A stretch of 64,000 bases of DNA from the NCBI GenBank assembly GCA_944372195.1, contig CALVYK010000005.1:3447-67446 (forward strand), given 5' to 3'. The position numbers and the translations under genes are program-made. The stretch comes from an uncultured Bacilli bacterium. Its GTDB lineage: Bacteria; Bacillota_I; Bacilli_A; RF39; UBA660. Under the pieces are notes generated by a model, which ran no database searches, was not told the origin of the DNA, and saw only the letters and a list, made by a program, of their open reading frames with translations. Each line of letters opens with the position of its first letter. Position 1 is the first letter of the stretch. Shown here piece after piece: positions 1 through 10,261 of this stretch.

Positions 1-709
1 TCATGATTTAAAACATTTAGATATCAGAAATGTAAATAAAATTGTTATAAGAGTTACTTCGTTTGAAAGTATGGTAGTATTTTATGGTAATGTAAATTTA
101 AATTTTGATTTAAATGTTGACACTATTATTGTGAATAACAAAGTTATAAAAGGTAATGGTTATATTAAAGAAGATATTAATGGATTTAAATTTGTTATTT
201 CATCAACTTCGTTTTTTCAAGTTAATAATATTGGAATGATAAATATTTACGATAAAGTTTTAGAATATGTTGATGGTGGGAATGTTTTAGACCTATACTG
301 TGGTACTGGTACAATAGGTATATACGTTTCTAAAAAGTCAAATAAAGTATTAGGTATTGAACTAAATAAGGAAGCTATAAGTGATGCTTTAATTAATAAA
401 AAAATAAATGATATTAATAATATTGATTTTATTAGTGGTGATGTAGGTTCTGTTTTATCTCAAAATAATTTCAAAGCAGATATTATTATTGTTGATCCAC
501 CAAGAGCTGGATTGGATAACAAAAGTATTAATAATATAATAAAAATAAATCCCAAAAAAATAATTTATGTTTCCTGTGATCCAGTTACTTTAGCTCGTGA
601 TTTAAATTTGTTAAAAGACAAATATGAAGTTGTTGAGATAACACCTTTCGATATGTTTGGTAATACTTACCATGTTGAATGTGTGTCATTACTTAGTTTA
701 AAATCTTAA
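1..709 (+). CDS. rlmD: 23S rRNA (uracil-5-)-methyltransferase, RlmD/RumA family; 3' part, 5' end lies outside the window
   Basis: The frame is open from nt 2. SAM-methyltransferase motifs VLDLYCGTGTIG and IIVDPPRAG are present, with the catalytic-Cys region YVSCDPVTLARD. Confidence 0.85.
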   Translation, partial: HDLKHLDIRNVNKIVIRVTSFESMVVFYGNVNLNFDLNVDTIIVNNKVIKGNGYIKEDINGFKFVISSTSFFQVNNIGMINIYDKVLEYVDGGNVLDLYCGTGTIGIYVSKKSNKVLGIELNKEAISDALINKKINDINNIDFISGDVGSVLSQNNFKADIIIVDPPRAGLDNKSINNIIKINPKKIIYVSCDPVTLARDLNLLKDKYEVVEITPFDMFGNTYHVECVSLLSLKS

Positions 710-728
710 ATAATTGATGGAGGAAATT

Positions 729-980
729 ATGATAGAAATAAAGTTTTTAAAAAGTGAAAATAAATCTATAGCACTAGAAGATAATAAAATAATAGGTGAA
801 TGTCAATTTGTAGAAGAAAAAAATACTTGGAATATTATACATACTTTTGTTTCTAATGAATATCGTGGTCAAAATATAGCTAGAAAATTAGTTGAATGTG
901 TAATTGAAGAAGCAGAGAAAAATAATAAGAAAATTATTGCAGATTGTTCGTATGCAAAAAAAGTATTGCTTAATAGGTAA
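729..980 (+). CDS. small GNAT-type N-acetyltransferase (YjdJ-like)
   Basis: GGAGG lies 7 nt upstream of the ATG at 729. The motif YRGQNIARKLVECVIEEA resembles an acetyl-CoA-binding segment. Confidence 0.65.
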   Translation: MIEIKFLKSENKSIALEDNKIIGECQFVEEKNTWNIIHTFVSNEYRGQNIARKLVECVIEEAEKNNKKIIADCSYAKKVLLNR

Positions 981-986
981 TTATTT

Positions 987-1718
987 ATGTTTTTTGCTAA
1001 ACCAGACGTATATCCAGCCTGTGGATTATATAATTTAAAACATTTATTTTGTGTATTAATTATTATTGCTATTTTATATTTTTGTATAAAAAAAATTACG
1101 ATTAAAGACAAAGAAGATATCACTAAAATTATTAAAATGTTAACAATTACAGTGTGGATATTAGAAGTAATAAAGATTATTTTTAATTTTATAATAGGTA
1201 ATATTAATAACGTTAATACGTATGTACCTTTATACTATTGTAGTATATTGTTATACGCTGGGATTTTAAGTGGTTTTGCTAAGGGAACATTAAAAAAAAT
1301 AGGGGATATTTTTTTAGCTAGTGGCGGAATGTTTGCTGGAATTGCATTTTTAATTTCACCAGGGACTTCATTAGGTATATATCCATTATTTCATTTTATA
1401 AGTTTTCAAAGTTTATTCTATCATGCCGTTATGATATATTTAGGATTAATTATTGTTAAATATAATTATGTGACTATAAAATTAAAAGATATTAAATATT
1501 ATGCTTTATTAATTTTTATCATTTGCTCATTTGCTTATTTTATAAACATTAGTTTTAATGGAAATCTTATGTTCATAGAAGAGGGATTTGGATTATTTTC
1601 TTTCTTTGAAAACATATTCGGTAATCTATATTCTTTAGCTATGATATTTGGTCAAATGACTATTCCTTTTTTCCTAGGCATAATTATTAGCAAATTAATT
1701 ATAATGAAAAATTCATAA
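987..1718 (+). CDS. polytopic integral membrane protein (YwaF/TIGR02206-like)
   Basis: There are about 7 hydrophobic segments and a VPLYYCS motif typical of that family. Confidence 0.5.
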   Translation: MFFAKPDVYPACGLYNLKHLFCVLIIIAILYFCIKKITIKDKEDITKIIKMLTITVWILEVIKIIFNFIIGNINNVNTYVPLYYCSILLYAGILSGFAKGTLKKIGDIFLASGGMFAGIAFLISPGTSLGIYPLFHFISFQSLFYHAVMIYLGLIIVKYNYVTIKLKDIKYYALLIFIICSFAYFINISFNGNLMFIEEGFGLFSFFENIFGNLYSLAMIFGQMTIPFFLGIIISKLIIMKNS

Positions 1719-1725
1719 ATATATA

Positions 1726-1758
1726 AAATAAATAGCCATTAATATTGGCTATTTATTT
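1726..1758. terminator. bidirectional intrinsic terminator between convergent genes
   Basis: Perfect 13-bp inverted repeat aaataaatagcca/tggctatttattt with A/T runs on both sides. Confidence 0.7.
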
Positions 1759-2591
1759 GTTATTCGATAAAAATTAAATGATGGTTTATTAAATAATCTA
1801 AATCTATATAATGAAGTGCCTAAACCACTTGATATATATAAATCTGTATTATTTATTTTATAGTATTCATCGTAATATTTTTTAGATCCTTCAGGAGTAT
1901 ATAGTTTACCAATAAAAGGTAATCTTACTTGACCACCATGGGAATGACCTGCTAAAACTAAATCATATTTGGTTAAATCTAACTTATCCACAGTATCAGG
2001 TTCATGAACCAATAATATTGAGTAAATTGGTTTGATGTCATCTGTTTTTAATTCGGATATGTATTTATCAAATTGTTCTGTTTTTATACCAATATCTTCG
2101 TCACCATATCCAATTCCTGAAATGATAATAGGTTCATTGCTTTTAGAATATATTAATTCATATTTATTATCTAAACTAGTAAATCCACTTTCTTTAATAA
2201 TATAATTATAGTCATCTAATGGAATATCATGATTACCACTTACAGCATATTTACCCAATTTAGCTTCTATTTTACTTAAACAGTTAATGATTATATCTTT
2301 GTCATAAGATAATCTGTCATCAATTAAATCACCAGTTATGACAACTATATCAGGTTTTATTTCATTTGCTTTATCCACAATATTATTTAATTCTTTTTCA
2401 AAAATTGTCGATCCATAATGAATATCAGTTAAGTGAACTATTTTTAAACCATGATAAGAATCTGTTATTTTACTATTTATTACTTTATATTCTTTAACTT
2501 TTAATCCTTTTGTAGCAACAAATCTTGAATATAATAAACAAAGAACTATAACCAAAACAATAATAATTAAAACAATAATAACTTTTTTCAT
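1749..2591 (-). CDS. membrane-anchored metallophosphoesterase (YkuE-like)
   Basis: N-terminal TM segment. Calcineurin-like motifs DIHYG, GDLID, GNHD and AGHSHGGQ are present. Confidence 0.85.
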   Translation of the reverse strand: MKKVIIVLIIIVLVIVLCLLYSRFVATKGLKVKEYKVINSKITDSYHGLKIVHLTDIHYGSTIFEKELNNIVDKANEIKPDIVVITGDLIDDRLSYDKDIIINCLSKIEAKLGKYAVSGNHDIPLDDYNYIIKESGFTSLDNKYELIYSKSNEPIIISGIGYGDEDIGIKTEQFDKYISELKTDDIKPIYSILLVHEPDTVDKLDLTKYDLVLAGHSHGGQVRLPFIGKLYTPEGSKKYYDEYYKINNTDLYISSGLGTSLYRFRLFNKPSFNFYRITNK

Positions 2592-2600
2592 TAAAACTCC

Positions 2601-3296
2601 TTAGATAAAAAATAATAATACTGTTTCAATAAACATCATAATGCCATTGTGGAAAAAATGCAAACTCATTGGAATGAATATATTTTTAGATTTAACTAGT
2701 GTATATGCGAATACAAATCCTGGAATTGAATAAGGGATAATATAGATTAAATCAATTAAACTATTAAATGAACCTATAACATGTAATCCTCCAAAAACTA
2801 AACCAGATAAGATGATAAATACCAAATCATTTTTAAATATTTTTCTAAAACTGAATCTAAAAATAGTTTCTTCTAAGAAAGGCGCGAATAATACAGCGGA
2901 AACAATCATATAAAATGGAGCTTTTACTAGTGTATTATTTATAGCTTCTTGATTGGTTGCTACAGAATTTGGAAATAAAGTAACAATAAAGAAATTACTT
3001 ATTAACATTAAAGAAAAAGCTAAAGCCCAATATTCCATGTATTTAGGCATATAATTTTTAAAGTTTTTAATATAATCTTTAAAATCTTTAATATATTCTT
3101 TACGATAAATAAAAAATAAAATAAGTAAATAAATTAATTCAGTAACCATTAAATATATAATTTTATCAAACAGGCTTAAATTATAATAGTTTATACCTAA
3201 TAAACTTAAAGGTACAGTTTGAAAATAACTATAAATAAAATAAGATATAACTACACATAACCCTAAAATAGGTTGTTTTAAATTTTCTTTTTTCAT
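2601..3296 (-). CDS. CPBP-family intramembrane glutamic endopeptidase (CAAX/Abi protease)
   Basis: Polytopic protein with the EExxxR motif (LEETIFRFSF) and the distal HxxxN motif (HFFHN). Confidence 0.8.
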   Translation of the reverse strand: MKKENLKQPILGLCVVISYFIYSYFQTVPLSLLGINYYNLSLFDKIIYLMVTELIYLLILFFIYRKEYIKDFKDYIKNFKNYMPKYMEYWALAFSLMLISNFFIVTLFPNSVATNQEAINNTLVKAPFYMIVSAVLFAPFLEETIFRFSFRKIFKNDLVFIILSGLVFGGLHVIGSFNSLIDLIYIIPYSIPGFVFAYTLVKSKNIFIPMSLHFFHNGIMMFIETVLLFFI

Positions 3297-3441
3297 TATC
3301 TCACCTTAATACATTATATCATTTTAATATAAAATAATAAATCTTTTTTAGAAAAATGTTTTAAAATCTAAAAATTATGATATAATATTATTGCATGAGG
3401 AGTGGGACATAATCCCACTCTTTAATATAGTTGGAGGTCTT

Positions 3442-3690
3442 ATGGAAAGTAAAATAAAAGAGTTAATTGAAAAACCAATTACAGATTTAGGTTATATTCT
3501 CGATGATGTAAAGTATGTAAAAGAAAATAATACTAATTTTTTAAGAATAATTATTGATAAAGAAGGATTTATTACTGTTAATGATTGCGTTAAAGTAAAT
3601 GATTTAGTAGATCCAATATTAGATAAAATTGATTTTATTGATGAAAGTTATATTGTAGATATTTGTTCAAAAGAGAAAGGATGTGATTAA
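3442..3690 (+). CDS. rimP: ribosome maturation factor RimP, short form (N-terminal domain only)
   Basis: GGAGG precedes the ATG at 3442. The sequence LGYILDDVKYVKENNTNFLRIIIDKEGFITVNDC matches the RimP N-domain. The gene sits directly upstream of nusA. Confidence 0.75.
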   Translation: MESKIKELIEKPITDLGYILDDVKYVKENNTNFLRIIIDKEGFITVNDCVKVNDLVDPILDKIDFIDESYIVDICSKEKGCD

Positions 3691-4852
3691 TTTGGACAAT
3701 AAAGAATTTAAAAAAGCCTTAGATTTATTGGTTAAAGAAAAAGGTATATCAGCAGATTATATTTATGATGCTTTAGAACTTGCTTTAACGTCAGCTTATA
3801 AAAAGAATTATAAATCTTTAACAAATGTTCGAGTTGCTATCGATAGAGAAATTGGTGATATTCATGTTTATTCTTATAAAACAGTTGTTTTAGATGAGGA
3901 ACATGAAGCAAGAGAACCTATTATGATCGAAGTTGAAGATACAGAATCAGATGAAGAAGGCGCAACAATAGAAGTTGAGAAACCTTACATATTTGATAAA
4001 AGAATTCATATAACTTTAGAAGAAGCTAGAAAAATTATTCCTGATATTGAAGTTGGTGAAACAATCGAAGAAGAAGTAACTCCTAAAGATTTTGGTAGAG
4101 TTGCTGCTGCAACTGCAAAACAAGTAGTTATTCAAAAAATTAAAGAAGCTGAAAAAAATATAATTATGGAACAATTTGCTGATAAACAAGATGAATTAGT
4201 AACTGGCTTAGTAGCTATGGAAGATGTTAGAAATTATTATATTGATTTGGGTAGAGCTCAAGGTATATTACCAAAATCAGAAACAATTCCGGGTGAAAAA
4301 ATAAAAATGGGTTCCAGCATTAAAGTATATGTAACTAAAGTAGAAAGTACAGGTAAAGGACCACTTATACTTTTATCAAGAAATCATTATGGGTTCATTA
4401 AAAGATTATTTGAACTTGAAATACCTGAAATAAATGAAGGAATTATATTGGTTTACAGCGTTGCAAGAGAAGCAGGTGTTAGATCAAAAATAGCAGTTTA
4501 TTCAGAAAATCCTAATGTTGATCCAATTGGTTCATGTATAGGTGAAAGAGGAACTAGAATTGCTAATATATTAAAAGAGTTAGGTCCAGAAAAAGTTGAT
4601 ATTGTAGCATATACAACTGATAAAGCTAAATTTATTGAAAATGCTTTATCTCCTGCAAAAAATTTACATGTATTTATAACTGATGAAAAGAAACAAGAAT
4701 CTTTGGTAGTAGTTGATAATGATAATTTATCTTTAGCAATTGGTAAAAAAGGTCTAAATGTTAAATTAGCCTCTCGTTTAACTAAGTACAAAATAGATAT
4801 TAAAACTATGGATCAAGCTAAGGAAATGGGTATAAACATAGTAGGTGAGTAA
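3683..4852 (+). CDS. nusA: transcription termination/antitermination factor NusA
   Basis: S1 and KH domain signatures are present (GRAQGILPKSE; CIGERGTRI; AIGKKGLNVKLAS). The rimP-nusA-ylxR-infB order is conserved. Confidence 0.95.
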   Translation: MINLDNKEFKKALDLLVKEKGISADYIYDALELALTSAYKKNYKSLTNVRVAIDREIGDIHVYSYKTVVLDEEHEAREPIMIEVEDTESDEEGATIEVEKPYIFDKRIHITLEEARKIIPDIEVGETIEEEVTPKDFGRVAAATAKQVVIQKIKEAEKNIIMEQFADKQDELVTGLVAMEDVRNYYIDLGRAQGILPKSETIPGEKIKMGSSIKVYVTKVESTGKGPLILLSRNHYGFIKRLFELEIPEINEGIILVYSVAREAGVRSKIAVYSENPNVDPIGSCIGERGTRIANILKELGPEKVDIVAYTTDKAKFIENALSPAKNLHVFITDEKKQESLVVVDNDNLSLAIGKKGLNVKLASRLTKYKIDIKTMDQAKEMGINIVGE

Positions 4853-5111
4853 AGTGAAAGTAAAAAAAATACCGATGCGTTCATGTGTGGTAACAAGAGA
4901 AAAATTGCCTAAACAAGAATTAATTAGAGTTGTAAGAACTCCAAATCAAGAAGTTGTTGTAGATTTAACTGGAAAAGCAAATGGCCGTGGAGCTTATTTA
5001 AAAAAAGATTTGGAAGTTTTTGAAAAAGCAAAAAAAAGTAAAGTTTTAGATAAGATTTTGGAAATAGAGGTTAAGGATGAAATTTATGAAGAATTAAAAA
5101 AATTAATATAG
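4845..5111 (+). CDS. ylxR: YlxR/RnpM family RNA-binding protein (DUF448)
   Basis: Motifs PMRSCVVTREKLPKQELIRVV and GRGAYL are present. The gene lies between nusA and infB. Confidence 0.9.
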   Translation: MSKVKVKKIPMRSCVVTREKLPKQELIRVVRTPNQEVVVDLTGKANGRGAYLKKDLEVFEKAKKSKVLDKILEIEVKDEIYEELKKLI

Positions 5112-5123
5112 GAGGTGTTTATT

Positions 5124-7196
5124 ATGATGAGTGTATTAGAATACGCTAATGATGTAAACAAAAGTGTTGCTGAAATATTAAAAAAATGTGAGGAATTTGA
5201 TATTCCAGTAACTAGTGAAGATGATTTATTAAGTGAGGATGATATTGTTATATTAGATAATGCTAATTATGATGATATGGATGAAATAGTAGAAGAAATA
5301 ATCGAAAATAAAAATATAAAAATAGATGATTCAATGTCTAAACAAAAATTAAAGAAAAAACAAGATATTAAACCATCTAAAAAAGATTTCCAACAAAAGA
5401 AAAAAGAAATGTATAAAAATAAAACTAAATTAATGACTAATACAACTAGTGATAATGTTGTTTTATATAAAGAAAATATGACAATCGGACAACTTGCCAA
5501 TGAATTAGGGGTAAATAGCAGTGAATTAGTTAAAAAATTATTTTCTTTAGGAATAATGGCAACTATTAATAATGCAATCAGTTTTGAAAATGCTGAAATA
5601 TTAGTACTAGAATACAATAAAGAGTTAAAAAGAGAAGAAACAGCAGATGTTACTAATTTTGAAGAATATGAAATAATTGATAAAGAAGAAGATTTAGTAA
5701 AAAGACCACCCGTTGTTACAGTTATGGGCCATGTTGATCATGGTAAAACAACATTACTAGATGCTATTAGAAAAACAGATGTAGCTAGTGGTGAGGCAGG
5801 TGGAATTACTCAAGCCATTAGCGCATATCAAGTTAAAGTAAAAGATGATTATATTACTTTTATTGATACACCAGGACATGCTGCATTTACAGAAATGCGA
5901 GCAAGAGGCGCAAGTATTACTGATATAATTATAATTATTATTGCAGCTGATGATGGTATAATGCCACAAACAGAAGAAGTAATTGATCATGCTAAAGCTG
6001 CAAAAGTACCAATTATTGTTGCAATCAACAAAATTGATAAACCAGAAGCTAATGTTGAAAGAGTAATGACTCAATTAACAGAACATGGACTAACACCTGA
6101 ATCTTGGGGTGGTGATACCATCGTTAATTTGATTTCTGCTAAAACAGGAAAAGGTATTGATGAGTTATTAGATAGTATTTTATTAGTAGCAGAAATGAAT
6201 GAATATAAAGCAAATCCTAACCGATATGCTGTTGGAACTGTTATTGAATCAAGATTAGATAAGCATTTAGGGCCGATTGTAACAGTATTGGTTCAAAATG
6301 GTACTTTAAGATTAGGAGATCCCGTTGTCGTTGGTCATGCCTATGGTAAAATAAGGACATTGAAAGATGATAAAGGTTTAAATTTAACGTCAACTAAATT
6401 GTCACAACCTGTAGAAATAACAGGTATCAACGAAGTGCCTAAAGCAGGAGATAAATTCATGGCTTTTGAATCAGAAAAAGAAGCTAGAAATATTGCTTTG
6501 AAAAGACAAGAAATGGCTAAACAAAAAGAAATGACACCAAGTAAGTCTGTTACTTTAGAAGACTTGTTTAATAAAATTCAAGAAGGTAAAAAAGAAATAA
6601 ATGTAATTATTAAAGCTGATGTTAATGGTAGTGCGGAAGCAGTAAAAAATTCTTTAGAAAAATTAGATGTTGAAGGGGTTAAAGTTAACGTTATAAGAAG
6701 TAGTGTTGGTGCTATTAAAGAAAGTGATATCGTTTTAGCTAAAGCTTCTAATGCAATAATAATTGGGTTTAATGTACGACCTGATAGTAAGTTAAGAGAT
6801 TATGCTAAGGATCAAGGCGTTGAAATAAGATTATATAATATTATTTATAAAGTGGTAGAAGAAATGGAAGCTGCTATGAAAGGTATGCTAGAACCAATTT
6901 ATGAAGAACAAATAATAGGAACAGCTGAAGTTAGAAAAATATTTAAATTTTCTAAAGTTGGTACCATAGCAGGATCTTATGTAACTGATGGTGTTATTAA
7001 AAGAGATTCAAAGGCAAGGGTAATTAGAGATGGTGTTGTTATATATGATGGTAATATCAATTCGATTCAAAGAGAAAAAGATGCCGTTAAAGAAGTTAAA
7101 AAAGGTTTAGAATGTGGAATAACTATTGAAAATTATAACGATATAAGAGAAAAAGACATTATTGAAGCATATGAAATGGTGGAAATAAAAAGATGA
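5124..7196 (+). CDS. infB: translation initiation factor IF-2
   Basis: GTPase motifs [14 protein letters not shown] and NKID are present. AGGAGG lies upstream of the ATG at 5124. The TGA stop overlaps the rbfA ATG. Confidence 0.97.
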   Translation: MMSVLEYANDVNKSVAEILKKCEEFDIPVTSEDDLLSEDDIVILDNANYDDMDEIVEEIIENKNIKIDDSMSKQKLKKKQDIKPSKKDFQQKKKEMYKNKTKLMTNTTSDNVVLYKENMTIGQLANELGVNSSELVKKLFSLGIMATINNAISFENAEILVLEYNKELKREETADVTNFEEYEIIDKEEDLVKRPPVVTVMGHVDHGKTTLLDAIRKTDVASGEAGGITQAISAYQVKVKDDYITFIDTPGHAAFTEMRARGASITDIIIIIIAADDGIMPQTEEVIDHAKAAKVPIIVAINKIDKPEANVERVMTQLTEHGLTPESWGGDTIVNLISAKTGKGIDELLDSILLVAEMNEYKANPNRYAVGTVIESRLDKHLGPIVTVLVQNGTLRLGDPVVVGHAYGKIRTLKDDKGLNLTSTKLSQPVEITGINEVPKAGDKFMAFESEKEARNIALKRQEMAKQKEMTPSKSVTLEDLFNKIQEGKKEINVIIKADVNGSAEAVKNSLEKLDVEGVKVNVIRSSVGAIKESDIVLAKASNAIIIGFNVRPDSKLRDYAKDQGVEIRLYNIIYKVVEEMEAAMKGMLEPIYEEQIIGTAEVRKIFKFSKVGTIAGSYVTDGVIKRDSKARVIRDGVVIYDGNINSIQREKDAVKEVKKGLECGITIENYNDIREKDIIEAYEMVEIKR

Positions 7197-7531
7197 GTGT
7201 AAAAATAGATAGAATTGCTAGCAATATAGTAAAAGAAATAAGTTATATTTTAGCTTATGAAGTAAAAGATAGTGATATAAAATTTGTAACTGTTACTGAT
7301 TGTAAATTAAGTAGTGATTTGAGTTATGCGAAAATATATGTAACAGTATTAGATGACAATAAAAGAGAAACAACTATGAAAGCTTTAAAAGATGCATCTG
7401 GTTTCATAAGAAAAGAATTAGCTGATAGAGTCGATATAAGACATACACCAGAATTAGAGTTCGTATATGATGAATCAATCGAATATGGTAAAAAAATAGA
7501 AGATATAATAGAAAAAATACATGAAGAATAG
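7193..7531 (+). CDS. rbfA: ribosome-binding factor A
   Basis: Motifs [19 protein letters not shown] and RHTPELEF are present. The gene is translationally coupled to infB. Confidence 0.93.
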   Translation: MSVKIDRIASNIVKEISYILAYEVKDSDIKFVTVTDCKLSSDLSYAKIYVTVLDDNKRETTMKALKDASGFIRKELADRVDIRHTPELEFVYDESIEYGKKIEDIIEKIHEE

Positions 7532-7556
7532 TCATTTTGACAAAATGACTATTTTG
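7530..7556 (+). terminator. intrinsic terminator after rbfA
   Basis: 9-bp stem agtcatttt/aaaatgact with a 3-nt loop, followed by a T-rich tract. Confidence 0.65.
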
Positions 7557-7589
7557 TGATAGTATATTTTGGCAAATGAGGAGTATTAT

Positions 7590-8615
7590 ATGAATTTAGA
7601 TGAACTAATGAATAAATATAATTGTCAAAATTTAAATTTTTTAGATATTGATTTGAGGAATGAAAAATTATTTTCAATATTACAAGATTTAATACCGAAA
7701 AAAACGATTGATTATTTTTGTGAATTAGCATCGTTAGTTGATTTAGCTTATTCTATTGCAGATAATATAACAAATTCAAAGGATTTTATTAGTGCTAAAT
7801 CAGCTAATGAAATTATTGGCTTTAGAAGAAGAGAAGAAAAATTAAAACAAAGTTATGATAAGATTGCTAAGGCATATAGTCAATTAGAAAATGGTGAAAT
7901 ATCAATTAACCAATTTAGATTTGTCATTAATGATGCTAACGGAGTTATAAAAACATTATATGGCAATCTTAATTCAAGGCAATATGTTGATTTGTATTAT
8001 GATAAAGTAAATGAATTAAATATCGTTATAGATGAATATCGTTTTGTAGCTTTAGAAATAAAAAAACGATTAGAATCATTAAAAAATTTAAATTTTAATT
8101 CAATAACTTTTTCTCACCGTCATAGTAAGCATTTAAATGGTGTAAATAAATTATTATCTAATCAACAATTGACAAATATAAATATAGAACAATTACTAAA
8201 TGATTTTTTCAAATCATATGTAGCAGTAATTAATATATTGATATTCAATATTTTAAATACAGCAAATCAAGTGAATGTTTTGTATAAAAATAGAGAACTA
8301 GTCGATAGTGAAAATTATGTTTCTTTTAGAGGTATAATATTTGATTTGAAAGAAATAGCTAAAAAAATACAAATGATTAATTTAGATAATCAAAAAGGAA
8401 TTTTAAGTTATTTAGATATGTTAGAATACATTAAAAATGTATTAAATGCATATATTTATTCACAGCAGATAGAAGATTTAACAAAAGAACGAATAGATTT
8501 GATTAAAACTTTTGATGACACTTATTCTGATAAAAATGTTATTAATTTAAATAGTATACGAGAAAGTATACATAATAACGTTTATTATAACAATGTAAAG
8601 GTTTTCAAACGTTAA
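7590..8615 (+). CDS. hypothetical protein, predicted all-helical/coiled-coil
   Basis: GAGGAG lies upstream of the ATG at 7590. No motif was recognised. Confidence 0.5.
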   Translation: MNLDELMNKYNCQNLNFLDIDLRNEKLFSILQDLIPKKTIDYFCELASLVDLAYSIADNITNSKDFISAKSANEIIGFRRREEKLKQSYDKIAKAYSQLENGEISINQFRFVINDANGVIKTLYGNLNSRQYVDLYYDKVNELNIVIDEYRFVALEIKKRLESLKNLNFNSITFSHRHSKHLNGVNKLLSNQQLTNINIEQLLNDFFKSYVAVINILIFNILNTANQVNVLYKNRELVDSENYVSFRGIIFDLKEIAKKIQMINLDNQKGILSYLDMLEYIKNVLNAYIYSQQIEDLTKERIDLIKTFDDTYSDKNVINLNSIRESIHNNVYYNNVKVFKR

Positions 8616-8628
8616 AGGGGGAAATATT

Positions 8629-9525
8629 TTGTTAAAAATTTACAACAAAGCTTTAGAAGTGTTTAATAGTTATTATGTTTTGCAAAGAAGCAGTACTGAA
8701 GATACTAAAAAAATTGATGGAATTGATAAAAAATATCTACATACTATGGAAGTAGTGAGAGATGGTTCTTCTGTAGTTGCAGGACTAGATTTTAATGAAA
8801 CATTTGCAGAATTATCAAAAATAGCTTTTTTAAATCATGATATTGGTAGATTTGAGCAAATGTTAAAAATTGGTACTTATGTTGATAGTGATTTAGTTGC
8901 GCAAATAGGTTTAAACCATGGTGGATTAGGAAAACAAATATTACAAAACGGATTAATTGAAAAAGAAATACCTAGTACTAGAGTTTATGACCGACCTGTA
9001 TTAGACATTGTTGATAAGCATGTCGATGGTAGATTTGATGAAAAAGATTTATTAATATTAAGTAGTGATTTATTAAAAAGTGCTGATGCAATCGAATTTT
9101 TTAGTAAAGCAAGTGAAGAAGAAAAAACAAAAGTAATTAATACTATTACACAAATAGTTCAAGATGTTGATAGATTAGACATATATCATCAAATTTTAGA
9201 GGGACGTTGGACTCCAATGAAAGTTGAAGAACCAATAGATCCAAAGGTAATGGAAATGTTTTATAATGGTCAATATTTAAATATGGCTGAATTGAAAAAA
9301 CAGGGATTATGGAATGCCAATGTCGGTGAATTAGTAAGATTAAGTTTTGTTAATCAAATTAGATTGCTAAGGGTAGCAAAATTAATTTACGATGAAAATA
9401 TTTTAATGAAAATGAAAGAATTAAGGCAAAATCCTTTTGCTTTAGATGCATTTGATTTTATGCAAAACAAATTAGAAGAAATGATAAAAAATAGTGATGG
9501 AATTACTGTTTGCAAGAAAAAATAA
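8629..9525 (+). CDS. HD-domain metal-dependent phosphohydrolase
   Basis: The H...HD signature is present (LHTMEV ... FLNHDIGRFEQ) with a distal D (DVDRLD). A TTG start follows AAGGGGG. Confidence 0.7.
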   Translation: MLKIYNKALEVFNSYYVLQRSSTEDTKKIDGIDKKYLHTMEVVRDGSSVVAGLDFNETFAELSKIAFLNHDIGRFEQMLKIGTYVDSDLVAQIGLNHGGLGKQILQNGLIEKEIPSTRVYDRPVLDIVDKHVDGRFDEKDLLILSSDLLKSADAIEFFSKASEEEKTKVINTITQIVQDVDRLDIYHQILEGRWTPMKVEEPIDPKVMEMFYNGQYLNMAELKKQGLWNANVGELVRLSFVNQIRLLRVAKLIYDENILMKMKELRQNPFALDAFDFMQNKLEEMIKNSDGITVCKKK

Positions 9526-9554
9526 TTGATTTTTCTAAATTAATGTGATATATT
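9526..9554 (+). promoter_or_regulatory. sigma-A-type promoter of the T-box leader
   Basis: TTGATT, 17-nt spacer, then TGaTATATT (extended -10). Confidence 0.55.
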
Positions 9555-9555
9555 A

Positions 9556-9766
9556 TTTATATATTTAATGAAGAACAAATATTTAGTTATTTAATTGGTA
9601 ATAAAGAAAATTAGTGGTAGATGAAAACTAATCAAGATTAAATAATCAATTACAATTTGGGAATTAAAACGGGTAATTTCGTTATAAATTAAAGTGTATG
9701 AAATATTCATAAATTAAGGTGGTACCGCGGATTATATTCGTCCTTAGTCTATGGGTATTTTTTTTG
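9556..9766 (+). promoter_or_regulatory. T-box riboswitch leader, probable tyrosine specifier
   Basis: The canonical T-box sequence AAATTAAGGTGGTACCGCG lies at 9711-9729, followed by a weak hairpin and a T8 run. Stem I shows an AG-bulge-like AGAAAATTAGTGGTAGATGAAAACTAATC. A TAC triplet in CAATTACAA is the candidate specifier. tyrS lies downstream. Confidence 0.8.
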
Positions 9767-9775
9767 GAGGGAAAT

Positions 9776-10261
9776 ATGCGATATTTTGAAAAAATTAGTT
9801 TTGAACAGTTTAAAAAAGATATTAAAGATGATTTAAATTTGTATAATAATTATTTGTTACCTAAAAGAGCAACTAAAAATAGCGCAGGTTATGATTTTTT
9901 TGCTATTAACGATATAGTTATTAAACCTGGTGAAATAGTTAAAATACCAACTGGTTATAAGGCAAAATTTAATAATAATGAGGCTCTATTATTATTAATG
10001 AGAAGTGGTTTGGGCTTTAAATATAATTTAAGGTTAACGAATCAGGTGGGATTAATAGAAAGTGATTATTATAACAATGAATCTAATGAAGGACATATGT
10101 GGTTGTCAATTCAAAATGAAGGTGATATAGATGTTATTATTTCTAAAAATAAAGCGTATTGCCAAGGTGTATTTATTAATTATTTAATAACAGATGATGA
10201 TAATGTTAAAGATATTAGAAAAGGTGGACTAGGAAGTACAGATAGGAGAGATGAAAAATGA
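9776..10261 (+). CDS. dut: dUTP diphosphatase (trimeric dUTPase family)
   Basis: GGAGG precedes the ATG at 9776. Motifs SAGYDF, RSGLG and a GLGSTD tail are present. The longer ORF starting at 9719 would read through the T-box terminator. Confidence 0.85.
   Translation: MRYFEKISFEQFKKDIKDDLNLYNNYLLPKRATKNSAGYDFFAINDIVIKPGEIVKIPTGYKAKFNNNEALLLLMRSGLGFKYNLRLTNQVGLIESDYYNNESNEGHMWLSIQNEGDIDVIISKNKAYCQGVFINYLITDDDNVKDIRKGGLGSTDRRDEK

Noticed and set aside
869-1123. Antisense or overlapping ORFs from the six-frame track. Examples: 869-1123(-), 4498-4791(-), 5267-5617(-), 5757-6074(-), 11109-11429(-), 18297-18563(-), 33354-33698(-), 35527-35814(-), 36807-37097(-), 52594-52806(-), 55461-55667(-), 60085-60321(-), 62037-62558(-).
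   Set aside because: Each lies inside a well-supported gene on the other strand. In very AT-rich DNA, stop-free antisense frames rich in I/F/L/S/N arise by chance. None has a ribosome-binding site or a recognisable motif.
9719-9775. Longer dut ORF starting at the GTG at 9719.
   Set aside because: The extension would be translated from the T-box sequence and its terminator. A GGAGG ribosome-binding site is correctly spaced for the ATG at 9776.
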